A stretch of DNA of 64,000 nt from Naegleria gruberi. Lineage: Eukaryota. Below are positions 1 through 9,719 of the stretch, piece after piece. Numbering within the stretch: position 1 is the stretch's first letter; every line of letters starts with the position of its first letter. Location: the NCBI GenBank assembly GCA_000004985.1, contig GG738845.1. The stretch is one strand, 5' to 3'. The notes under the pieces were generated by a model, which saw nothing but the letters and a program-made list of their open reading frames with translations, was not told where the DNA came from and ran no database searches. Position numbers and translations under genes: made by a program.

Positions 1-2
1 AA

Positions 3-3000
3 GTTATTCTAGATCCAACATTGAAGAATTTTGTATTGGTTCACGTACGTCAACTGATGAACACAAAGAATATCGAACATTCTCACGAGTTTGAAATTTT
101 ACTTACCTATTTTACTGAAGTTTTTCCAATTATTATGGATAATCCAACCCAACAAAATTTACAACTGCTAATGGAAATGTTAGCAGCTGTGCAGAAGGGT
201 TTATGTGCTTCAAACAAGAAATTATTACAAACACAATTCAGGGACAAGCTTGACAAGTTTATGCACTTGCTCAACTTGGACATTCCAACAATTATTCCAC
301 CAAATAATACAGAATTTATCACAAGGCACTGTTTAGCTATGGAGGTAATAAGAACACTTACTACACTCATTTCCGATAACTCTAAATCAAAGCACCACTT
401 TAAAAGCATTTTAGGCTATGACACTTTCAAGAATTTGATTTTACATTGTGAGCAAAATAATCCATCACCAGAAATTTTCAATGTACTTTTTGACATGTTG
501 GCAGATGGCGAATTTGATAGCGAGACAAAATATGCAATTCAAAATCCAGATGTAGCCCGTTTAATTTTCCATCTATCAATGCACTGTGAACTGAGCTATA
601 TTTCTTCATTGGTGGCCAAATTTTCTTGTCTTGTTCAGAAATCTACAAACAATAGAAATATTTGTTGTTCTGTAGGGTTAATTAGCTCTCTATTAGACTT
701 ATTGACAAGATTTGAAAAGGAATCATTCTCTGAAGAAAAGACAGTGAGCGATATCGTAAATCTTATTGAAACTATTGGAAGACATTCAATTACTGTCAAG
801 GAATTGAAAGGGTTCCTCGGTCTTATTAAGAGACAATCAGATAGAGATCAATCAGACTTTCTGGCACTACTCTTGAAAGCCCTTAAAAATATGACTCAAA
901 GCTCTCCTGATGCCTTTTTCGATTTCAATGGCACCAACTCAGGACTTGTCTTACCAACTATTGATAACAGAGTATGGCCTAACACTAAGGGATATTCTGT
1001 TTCTATGTGGGTGAGAGTTGAAAGTTTTGTAGAGTCTAGACCATCCGCTCCTAATTCTAATCCAATGACTCCTATTTCCTCTGTAAAGAGTTTATCGTTC
1101 ACTACAGATCTACAAAGAAAGGAATCCTTCCAATTCATTCCACGTTCAACTACATACAAACCAAGATTGATCAGCTTCTATAATTCTGAAGGTCAAGGAT
1201 TTGAAGTATATTTTGAGGAAAATTCTATGAATATTGTTGTTCAACATTCCCAAAAGAAGCAGTACATCGAGAAGTTAAATTACAAATTCGAGGAAAAGGT
1301 GTGGTATCATATTGTATTAACTCACAGTTATGGAAAAGGACCTTTTTCGTTCTCTAAGAATGAGTTGAGACTGTATATTAATGGCTTGTGTGTTGAGCCT
1401 AAAATCCAACTCAAATATCCAAGTCTTCACAAGCCTTTGGATAAATGTATGATTGGTTCTAGCTATCTGGTTAATGAGAGCTTACAACAAGGAAGCACAC
1501 CAACACATAAGCGACAAGCAAGTAGCTCTAATTCTGAAAATCCAAACTTTAATGGACAAATGGGTACTATTTGTGTATTTGATGAGACCTTACTTCCAAA
1601 CATTATTCAATTAATTTATAACTTGGGTTACAATTATATGAATTGCTTCCAACCTACAGATTCTGTTCTAGCTAAACAATCACAAGAATACCTTCAATTA
1701 TTTGATGGATCTATTACACAAAAGATCATATTGTGTTATAGTCCAAAGGCCAGAGCAAACTATAATAAGATATGCCTTAACAATACTCCTGAAGCATTCT
1801 ATCAACTTCAATTACATAATGGTTTGGTATCAGGTGTTGAAAATGTTCCACAAATCAAGTCAGATATCCATCAAGCCATGCTCAACTCGAGAATTTTGAA
1901 TGGTACTCAACTTTGTGTAACACACAATGCAAAAGATATTATTGGTTGTTTGGGAGGTATCAAAGTCTTGTTCCCTCTATTTTTACAAATGGATCGTCTT
2001 TCCCATACAGATCAAGTTATTAGCGAAAAAGCCGACCCATTCCTTGTTAATACCTTATTTTCATTGATAATAGATTTATTGAGTGCTCACAATGACAACT
2101 TGGAAGATATGGCACGTTGCAGAGGTTTTTTAGTTATTAGTTTCTTGTTGAAACAAATATCTCCTCAACATTTAACACGTAATACTGTTGCATTGATACC
2201 TTCACTTCTCTCTTGTGCTAAAGATCACTCAGTGTTGTATTCTGATATTGTGAACTACCTTGTATTTAATTTTAGATTGTGGATTTATACTGACGTTGAA
2301 GTTCAAAAACTATTATTCCAACAATTATTGGATATTTCTAATGAAAAGAAGGATAATTTCACTAAAATTAGGGAAATTTTGGGTGTTCAAAAATTGTTAG
2401 ACCTTATGAGATGGTTTTATTGGTATGAAAGAGCCAAATCTAATTCTACAGAAAGTGAATACCAGTTGGGAACAGAAAAAATTTGTAATCCAGCCACAGG
2501 AGCTGTTTTAGGTCAAAGACCAAGTCAAGAAAATATCTATGAAATCAGACAAAAGCTTACAAAACTTTTGAAATGTCTGACATCAAAATCAGCAGAAATT
2601 GTTATTGTAAATAATGATGAAAGACTAACAACCACAACAGGTACTGTACTCACTACAGCAACCTCTATTTCATATCCAGAACTAGAAGCCATCATTAACT
2701 TATTGGCTGATTGTAATGATAATATGCAATATTCAGATGTAGTTATCTTTGTTTTGGAGCTTTTACTTTCTCCTGATGGAGTTGTAATTGCAGACATGTT
2801 AGCGAATATGAAAGCCTACCAAGTTTTTGTTCAATTACTCTATACTCATCACGAACCAACAAGACTCAACATTCTGAAATGCATCGGCCAAATGTTAATA
2901 CTCAATCCAAAACTAAGACAAAGAGTTTTTGCAGAGACTTCTTATGGTTTTTCTACTATTACCAATATTCTTACCATTTTCAATATTACCATTCAGACCT

Positions 3001-6000
3001 ACGGAGTTTTGAGGGATATTTTCCTTGGATGTATTTCTTTGAATCAAAGGGATATCCTTGAATTTGATGGTTTTGAACAAACAGAACAAAGCTACAAAGT
3101 ACAAGCAGTGCTCCAACCAATATTCAGATTACTTGTTAATACCCAACCAAATGTCAAGCATCATATTCTTCAAAATTTTAAAATTGTTCTCAAGTCTAAT
3201 AGAGCCAAGGACTGTTTGCTACAACAAGTCGGATGGCAAGAGTGGTTGTTAAATATTATTTGTGTTTCAGGTATTTCTGATGCCTCTATTCCTTCTGATG
3301 TTGGTCAGTCTGCTCAGTTTGAACTTTGCAAAGATATTGTTATTGAACTTATTGCTATTTTGCTTTATCACTCTTTAAAAACTGTCAAAAAGGGATGGAG
3401 AGATATAGAAGATACAATTTGTCAAGTTATTCTTTTGAAAGATAGAGAGGATATTGAAGGTATAGAAGAAATATTGGGAAGTATTTATAAGAGAATTCTT
3501 GATGAATACATTTCTGACATTCAAGGAGAGAGAATTATTGCAAACTATAATGATAGAAATTCTCCAATACTTGACAATTTTGTTCACTTAGCTACATTCA
3601 TTGAGGAATATATGTTTTATTTTGATGCTATTTATCAAAGTGTCTCTGGTACATGGATGAGAAAGACAACAGAATCTGGTACAGGAGTTCTTGGCACACT
3701 GAGGAGTATTGTTGTGGGTGCTAACACAAATCGAGCTCCACAAGAGCCTGGAATTATGCCATTATCACAAGCAGCTCAACAAAATCAAGAAGATTTCGTT
3801 GTAATTGATACTAGTTCTGTGTCTGTAGGTTCTCATTCAGAAATTATTCCTTCAACTCCTGAAAGTAAGAGAGGTGATCAGTTATCATCCAATAGTCCAT
3901 CTACTGCTTCAAATCCACTGACATATAATGTTGAAGATGAAATCAATACTAGAAGAGATGAAAATAATAATTGGATTGATCTTCCAATAGCTGAAAAGCT
4001 TATAACAATACTCAGTGCTTGGAAACTCAATACAGTATCCAACTATAGTTCTCTTAGAAGTGTTGTTCAAGGAGGAAAAAGATTGAGAGATGGAGGTACT
4101 CTTAGAATAACGCTCAGACTCATTAGATATTGTTTGAGAGAGTCTCCTTCATTAGACTCATCTCTTTTAGACTGTATAAAGCGAATCAACCAGAGAGATG
4201 TGGAGAGTGAGAAGGAAATTTTAAGATTTTCTGAACTTTGGGCTGTTACTGGCGATATTGAGAATAATGATGACTTCCATACTCGTTTAATGTTTATTTT
4301 GGCCTTCTTGTTTGATATTTTAAGTAGACTTTTGGAAAAGAAACAAGAAAAGGAAGCTCTATTTGTTTTTATAACAATAAGAGAAATTTTCATGACAAGA
4401 AAAGAGTATTTGGAACAAGCGCTCACCACCGATGATGATAAATCTATTTTGACTGATGATCCTGTATTTTCCACAAAGAAGAAGGCTGATTTATCTGACT
4501 ATCTTCAAGTTATTCATTCAAAGAGCTGGAAATTTGCTTGGACAAGATTTTTCGTTCCAGCAGTGAGACTAACAGAGAAACTTGAATCTGCATTCCTGGA
4601 AGAAATTATTGTAAGAAGAAAATTCACTCTACACAGGCTTTATGATCAAATAAGGGAGGTAGAATCAGCAATGTCTGACTTGGATAAGAAAATGGATTCA
4701 GAAATCAGATCTACTTTGGAAAATATAAGAAGAGCTGAAAGAGAGAGAATCAAAAAAGAAAGAAGTTCCTATGAGGAGTTTGACTTACTAGCCTCTCATT
4801 ATTGGAAGCAAACCATGAGAAATGTGGCTGACGAAAGAGGTATTTGGGGTGGTCAAAAAGATTCAGTGAAATGGAAATTAGATAAGTGCCAAAACAGTAA
4901 ATTTATTAGAACAAGATTGGTAAGAAATTTCTCAGAAATAGACCACAAGGATGCTACCATCAAAAAGACTGACAAATCTGTAATTGTTGAAAATACTATT
5001 ACCAATAGATTATTGGAAATTAAGGAAAAAGGAAGTTTCTTTATTCCAAAACTTTCAATTATTAACAATGAAACTGAAGATGCTTCTGAAGATGGTACAA
5101 GTGAGATTACTGCCGCCACTATTTCAACACAACAACCATCCACCACCAATATTTCTGAAGATATACAAATCAACCAAAAACCAGTTGAAAGAGAAAAAAC
5201 TATTCTCAAAGATGTTGAATGTGACCTGATAAGTCCAATGGCTGGTTTCTCAGGAAAAATGGAAATTACAAGTAAGAGAATAACCTGGACACCAGATAAG
5301 GAAAATCATGCTTTGAATTTTGGTCTTGATAGTGAGAGAGTTTCCAAGTTGATTAAAAAACCAACAGAAAAGACATTCACACTTGACTCTATTGTAGAAA
5401 TTAGAATTATGAGATACAGACTGAGAAAAACAGCACTTGAATTTATTTTTGTTGATGAATCTTCCGTATTGTATAATTTTAATGTAAATGAGAGAAACAA
5501 AATATTCAACAAGATTATTTCTCAAAAGTGTCCAAACTTGAGAAATGTTGAAAAGTCCTTCTCTCCAATGGAAAACATACAAAGATCTCCATGGACTAAA
5601 AAGTGGCAGCTTGGAAAGATATCCAATTTTGATTATTTGATGATTCTAAACATGTACGCAGGAAGGACATTCAATGATCTCTCACAATATCCTATTTTCC
5701 CTTGGGTTATTGCTGACTACACCAGTCCAGTACTTGATTTTTCAAAGGAATCTACCTTTAGAGACCTCTCAAAGCCAATGGGTGTGCTCAACCCAGATAA
5801 GGTCAGAATTGTGGAAGAAAAGTACCAGACACTTGCCAGCGATACTTACACAACTCCATACCACTATGGTTCTCACTACTCTACATCAGCATATGTTACC
5901 TACTACTTAATTCGTTTAGAACCTTACACAACACATGCCAGAGTTGTTCAAGGTGGTAAATTCGATCATGCCGATAGAATGTTTGAGTCAATAACTCAAA

Positions 6001-7673
6001 CATTTGATCACTGTTTGAATGGTGAAGGAGATCACAAAGAACTTATACCAGAATTTTTCTACATGCCAGAATTTTTAAGAAAACCTCAAGATTTAGAACT
6101 TGGTGAAAAACAGAATGGAGTCCATATTAGTGATGTTGTTTTACCTGCATGGGCAAAAACACCTGAGGATTTCATTAGAATTCACAGAGAAGCCCTTGAA
6201 TCCGAATATGTTTCACAACATTTAAATGAATGGATTGACCTGATTTTTGGTTATAAACAAAGAGGTCCTGAAGCCATAAAGGCATATAACGTTTTCCCAA
6301 AGCTTACCTATGAAGGAAATATTTCATTTGATCCTCAAGAATTTTATCAAAATATGGCTACCATTGATAGTTTTGGTCAAACTCCATCCCAATTATTCCA
6401 ATCATCTCACCCAAAGAAGTCAATAACCAGAAAAGACAAACACGAAACACTTCTCTCCTTAACTGTTCAATGCTCAAAACAAATCAATACTTCCAAGGTT
6501 TCTCCAATTGTTTTAATCAAGTTATTCCATTCAGAGAATAATATTACAAGATTATGTGTTGTGAATGAGGATGGTTTTATCTATACAACCAAAATGACAA
6601 ATATTACCCTACAAACCATTCTCTCAGAGTATACTTTATTCAATAATTGCAAGACTATTGGTTTCCCATTGGATGATCCTGTTGGTTTACTTTCGTCCTC
6701 TACTGAATCTAATAATTTTGTTCCAGTTAATAGCAACAATAGTACAAAGCAAAGAAGATCACTTGCCTCACTTCCAAAACAATTATCAGGTATCAGAAGT
6801 AATGTATCTGCCTGTAAGACTGCATTTGCAATTCCAAGTTCAACAAATCCAAACTCGGTTAAAGATATCACACTCATTTCATGTAGACATCATGATAACT
6901 CTTTCAGAATTTCAAAACCATACACACAACCACTCCAAACAAAGATTACACTCTGTCAACAAAATGCCATTTGGAGACACAAGGATTTGGTCACTTGTTG
7001 TTCAATTTGTGAAGAGGATAAATATTTAGTGACTGGAAGTAGAGATACAACAGTAATGGTTTGGGATATTTTGACCAATGACTTTTTCACTTCTCAACAG
7101 CCATCAACAATTTTATATGGACACGATGATGAAGTTACTTGTGTGGTAGTTTGTAATGACTTGGATAATGTTATTAGTGGAAGCAGAGATGGAACTATCA
7201 TTATTCACTCATTAAGAAGAGGAAAATACATTAGAACAATCAAGCATCCAAATGGAGGTTGTATTAACTCTATTGCAGTTGCAAGAGAGTGTAAGATTAG
7301 CCAAGATATTGAGGTTCTTGGTAGAATTTGTGTGTATAGTAATGATGATATGATTCTATACTTGTACAGTGCTAATGGTCAATTATTGGCCAAAGCTGAA
7401 ACTAATGGAGTTTTACATTGTATGATGATATTTGATTCAAAATATGTGATTTATGGAGGAGATCACTCCATAGTTGTTAGAGATTTACATTCACTCAAAG
7501 TAATCCACAAATTCACACTCAGTGAATACATGTCTCCAATAAGAACTATTGAAATTTCCAAGGATGAACAATTGCTCTTTGCTGGTCTTGATTCTGGTCA
7601 ATTAGTAGTGTTAGGTATTGATTCAACACTCAGTAATTCCATTGCTCCACCTTCTCCAAATCAAAACCTTTAA
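3..7673 (+). CDS. BEACH-domain protein, C-terminal ~2550 aa (ConA-like lectin-type region, PH-like/BEACH core, C-terminal WD40 repeats); 5' end is outside the window
   Basis: One uninterrupted 7.6 kb ORF, open from the window edge. The BEACH core motif WIDLIFGYKQRGPEA is followed by WD40-like repeats (GSRDTTVMVWD, GSRDGTIIIHS). A ConA-like segment (SVSMWVRVESF ... ISFYNSEGQGFEVYF) lies upstream, as in LvsA/neurobeachin/LYST-family proteins. TAA stop at 7671-7673 with AATAAA immediately 3'. Confidence 0.9.
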   Translation, partial: VILDPTLKNFVLVHVRQLMNTKNIEHSHEFEILLTYFTEVFPIIMDNPTQQNLQLLMEMLAAVQKGLCASNKKLLQTQFRDKLDKFMHLLNLDIPTIIPPNNTEFITRHCLAMEVIRTLTTLISDNSKSKHHFKSILGYDTFKNLILHCEQNNPSPEIFNVLFDMLADGEFDSETKYAIQNPDVARLIFHLSMHCELSYISSLVAKFSCLVQKSTNNRNICCSVGLISSLLDLLTRFEKESFSEEKTVSDIVNLIETIGRHSITVKELKGFLGLIKRQSDRDQSDFLALLLKALKNMTQSSPDAFFDFNGTNSGLVLPTIDNRVWPNTKGYSVSMWVRVESFVESRPSAPNSNPMTPISSVKSLSFTTDLQRKESFQFIPRSTTYKPRLISFYNSEGQGFEVYFEENSMNIVVQHSQKKQYIEKLNYKFEEKVWYHIVLTHSYGKGPFSFSKNELRLYINGLCVEPKIQLKYPSLHKPLDKCMIGSSYLVNESLQQGSTPTHKRQASSSNSENPNFNGQMGTICVFDETLLPNIIQLIYNLGYNYMNCFQPTDSVLAKQSQEYLQLFDGSITQKIILCYSPKARANYNKICLNNTPEAFYQLQLHNGLVSGVENVPQIKSDIHQAMLNSRILNGTQLCVTHNAKDIIGCLGGIKVLFPLFLQMDRLSHTDQVISEKADPFLVNTLFSLIIDLLSAHNDNLEDMARCRGFLVISFLLKQISPQHLTRNTVALIPSLLSCAKDHSVLYSDIVNYLVFNFRLWIYTDVEVQKLLFQQLLDISNEKKDNFTKIREILGVQKLLDLMRWFYWYERAKSNSTESEYQLGTEKICNPATGAVLGQRPSQENIYEIRQKLTKLLKCLTSKSAEIVIVNNDERLTTTTGTVLTTATSISYPELEAIINLLADCNDNMQYSDVVIFVLELLLSPDGVVIADMLANMKAYQVFVQLLYTHHEPTRLNILKCIGQMLILNPKLRQRVFAETSYGFSTITNILTIFNITIQTYGVLRDIFLGCISLNQRDILEFDGFEQTEQSYKVQAVLQPIFRLLVNTQPNVKHHILQNFKIVLKSNRAKDCLLQQVGWQEWLLNIICVSGISDASIPSDVGQSAQFELCKDIVIELIAILLYHSLKTVKKGWRDIEDTICQVILLKDREDIEGIEEILGSIYKRILDEYISDIQGERIIANYNDRNSPILDNFVHLATFIEEYMFYFDAIYQSVSGTWMRKTTESGTGVLGTLRSIVVGANTNRAPQEPGIMPLSQAAQQNQEDFVVIDTSSVSVGSHSEIIPSTPESKRGDQLSSNSPSTASNPLTYNVEDEINTRRDENNNWIDLPIAEKLITILSAWKLNTVSNYSSLRSVVQGGKRLRDGGTLRITLRLIRYCLRESPSLDSSLLDCIKRINQRDVESEKEILRFSELWAVTGDIENNDDFHTRLMFILAFLFDILSRLLEKKQEKEALFVFITIREIFMTRKEYLEQALTTDDDKSILTDDPVFSTKKKADLSDYLQVIHSKSWKFAWTRFFVPAVRLTEKLESAFLEEIIVRRKFTLHRLYDQIREVESAMSDLDKKMDSEIRSTLENIRRAERERIKKERSSYEEFDLLASHYWKQTMRNVADERGIWGGQKDSVKWKLDKCQNSKFIRTRLVRNFSEIDHKDATIKKTDKSVIVENTITNRLLEIKEKGSFFIPKLSIINNETEDASEDGTSEITAATISTQQPSTTNISEDIQINQKPVEREKTILKDVECDLISPMAGFSGKMEITSKRITWTPDKENHALNFGLDSERVSKLIKKPTEKTFTLDSIVEIRIMRYRLRKTALEFIFVDESSVLYNFNVNERNKIFNKIISQKCPNLRNVEKSFSPMENIQRSPWTKKWQLGKISNFDYLMILNMYAGRTFNDLSQYPIFPWVIADYTSPVLDFSKESTFRDLSKPMGVLNPDKVRIVEEKYQTLASDTYTTPYHYGSHYSTSAYVTYYLIRLEPYTTHARVVQGGKFDHADRMFESITQTFDHCLNGEGDHKELIPEFFYMPEFLRKPQDLELGEKQNGVHISDVVLPAWAKTPEDFIRIHREALESEYVSQHLNEWIDLIFGYKQRGPEAIKAYNVFPKLTYEGNISFDPQEFYQNMATIDSFGQTPSQLFQSSHPKKSITRKDKHETLLSLTVQCSKQINTSKVSPIVLIKLFHSENNITRLCVVNEDGFIYTTKMTNITLQTILSEYTLFNNCKTIGFPLDDPVGLLSSSTESNNFVPVNSNNSTKQRRSLASLPKQLSGIRSNVSACKTAFAIPSSTNPNSVKDITLISCRHHDNSFRISKPYTQPLQTKITLCQQNAIWRHKDLVTCCSICEEDKYLVTGSRDTTVMVWDILTNDFFTSQQPSTILYGHDDEVTCVVVCNDLDNVISGSRDGTIIIHSLRRGKYIRTIKHPNGGCINSIAVARECKISQDIEVLGRICVYSNDDMILYLYSANGQLLAKAETNGVLHCMMIFDSKYVIYGGDHSIVVRDLHSLKVIHKFTLSEYMSPIRTIEISKDEQLLFAGLDSGQLVVLGIDSTLSNSIAPPSPNQNL

Positions 7674-7714
7674 ATAAACAATTTTTTCAATAACTTCAAA
7701 ATTCAACATTAAAA

Positions 7715-8410
7715 ATGAAAAAAAGTTCAAACAAGGTATCTACACCCTCATCAACAACAGAAGATGATAAACCAAAGAAGCAACTCTCATCGTCGATAGC
7801 TTCCCTCAGGTTTATGAATCGGAATAAGCCAGCAACAAATTCCGATTCAACAAATCAATTACCTTCTCCTGCTCTTTCTTTCAAATCAGCAACTTCTCGT
7901 GTAGTAAAATCATCATCCAATTCTTCATTATCGAATAAAAACAATAGTAGTAGTGCCACTCCTGTTCCTCCCCAACAATCTGCTTCACCAAGTGTAGCAT
8001 CTTCATCAATTCAAAATACAGCAACACCAAAGAATCACAAAGCAGAACAGTGGAGTTATGCACAAGAAGGAAAACTAGATCAAGTCATCAATAATACCTT
8101 GTCAAACTATTCACTGAGTACAAATCAAGATACTCTGTTATCCTCAAACTCTTATGCCTGTCAAGAAGACAATGAATCAATTTATTCTTTAAATTTCTAT
8201 AGACATTTGGAAGGAGAACCAACAGAGGAAACAACTTCGGATTATGTAAGAGGAGGAAGACTTAAATTCGGAACTTATAAACAAGAGGAAATTGCAATCA
8301 CAACAGAAATAGATCCAAGTAGTGCACTGAAAAGAAAGAAGGATGATAATATTAAATTACCTATTGGAATTAGCTCCACTCAAAATAAGAAAAAGAAACA
8401 TAAAAAATAA
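7715..8410 (+). CDS. hypothetical Ser/Asn-rich low-complexity protein with a Lys-rich C-terminal tail
   Basis: ATG-initiated 231-aa ORF starting only 41 bp after the BEACH gene stop. Composition is strongly biased toward S, N and T, and the C-terminus reads KKKKHKK. No recognisable domain. Confidence 0.4.
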   Translation: MKKSSNKVSTPSSTTEDDKPKKQLSSSIASLRFMNRNKPATNSDSTNQLPSPALSFKSATSRVVKSSSNSSLSNKNNSSSATPVPPQQSASPSVASSSIQNTATPKNHKAEQWSYAQEGKLDQVINNTLSNYSLSTNQDTLLSSNSYACQEDNESIYSLNFYRHLEGEPTEETTSDYVRGGRLKFGTYKQEEIAITTEIDPSSALKRKKDDNIKLPIGISSTQNKKKKHKK

Positions 8411-8518
8411 ATTTGTAAATATCTTGAATAGAGATTCAAATAATTTGAAACAAATGAAGTTCATTACATTAACTTCTACTATGGTAAGGAGTTGAGAAAT
8501 CAATTGCGAATCACTTAT

Positions 8519-9565
8519 TTACAATTCAACAAGCAATACCTCCAGTGCTGATATCTCCTCGGCTGACAACATTGGATTGTCCTTAATCCAAGTACTAATT
8601 TTCTTAATGTATTCCTGTTTCTTCTCTGTCTGTTGAGTTGTGTTTTGTTTGATATGGACAGAATTAGTAATGGAGAAAAAGTGGTTGGCCTCTTGAAAAC
8701 TGTTAAAGTGGGAAGGAGAGGATTGTGGAATAATTGTTTCTGCTAAATACTTGAGCATTTTCAACTCCATGTCTGTTGCATTGAGTACTAGTTCATTAAA
8801 TTGTGCTACAACTTGATATCCTTCATATAGAGGTGGTAAAATCTTCCATTGAGAGCAGAAAATTGTTTCAAGTGTTGTTTTATGAGAATTCATCAGGTAG
8901 ATCCTGTATGGAGAGGTCTTGACATATGGCCATATTTCAACCATCATTTCTGTAAAGCGTTCAAAGAAACGAGATTTTCTTTCAAGAGGAATTGAAGTTC
9001 TTCCATTATAATATGCCAATGAATCCAGAATATAAATTAAGGCTCGGTTCATTATAAATTTGTGCCATCTCGCTTCTACATTAACTCTTTTCTCCATCAA
9101 CAAACTGACAAATTCCTTCAAATAAATACAAGTATTTTCCAAATCTCTATATTTCATTCCATACAATTTCACTTGAGCTTGTAAAAAGGATAACCTCATT
9201 AAATCACAATTTCTCAAATATTTTTCAATCAACACTTTCAATATCTCCTCCTCATTAAAAAGATTTTCACATGTAGTATCCAATAATTTGAGGTTCAAAT
9301 CTTTAAAAAACTCAATACTCGCTCTAGGATAATAAATAGTAACATGTCTTGGCAGTTTCCTCCGATGACGAAGAAACAATCTTTTTCTCCTCGAGTTTGG
9401 AGGTTCCATTCTTATCTGTCTCTCCAACTCTTCATTATTGGACAACATTCTCTCACGAACAATAAAAAACCAAGATTTAAAACAATATCCAATCCTCACA
9501 ACATCTCTCTCCTGCATAAATGAGGCAACATTCTCTAACATTTCAATCGGTAATTGATCAAGCAT
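8519..9565 (-). CDS. F-box domain protein (hypothetical)
   Basis: 348-aa ORF. The N-terminal LPIEMLENVASFMQERDVVRIGYCFKSWFFIV matches the F-box consensus (LPxE(I/M)L ... spaced hydrophobics ... W). The rest has no recognised domain. Confidence 0.5.
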   Translation of the reverse strand: MLDQLPIEMLENVASFMQERDVVRIGYCFKSWFFIVRERMLSNNEELERQIRMEPPNSRRKRLFLRHRRKLPRHVTIYYPRASIEFFKDLNLKLLDTTCENLFNEEEILKVLIEKYLRNCDLMRLSFLQAQVKLYGMKYRDLENTCIYLKEFVSLLMEKRVNVEARWHKFIMNRALIYILDSLAYYNGRTSIPLERKSRFFERFTEMMVEIWPYVKTSPYRIYLMNSHKTTLETIFCSQWKILPPLYEGYQVVAQFNELVLNATDMELKMLKYLAETIIPQSSPSHFNSFQEANHFFSITNSVHIKQNTTQQTEKKQEYIKKISTWIKDNPMLSAEEISALEVLLVEL

Positions 9566-9719
9566 TGTTTCTGTATTTTTTTATTTTAATTAAATTTAAA
9601 AAAAATTGTCTAACGTTAATTGGGTACCCACCATTCCGTTATCAAATTTGTGATCATCACACTATTACGACTCGTACGAGTAGACATTTTAGCAACTCTG
9701 TAAATAATTTATTGTTCCA

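Noticed and set aside
107-7029. Numerous 60-135 aa ORFs antisense to or overlapping the 7.6 kb BEACH exon, for example 107..409(-), 896..1159(-), 4067..4474(-), 4853..5209(-) and 6658..7029(+)
   Set aside because: They lie entirely inside a long, clearly coding ORF on the other frame or strand. They have no ATG context and their composition mirrors the sense strand. They are typical spurious antisense ORFs in AT-rich DNA.
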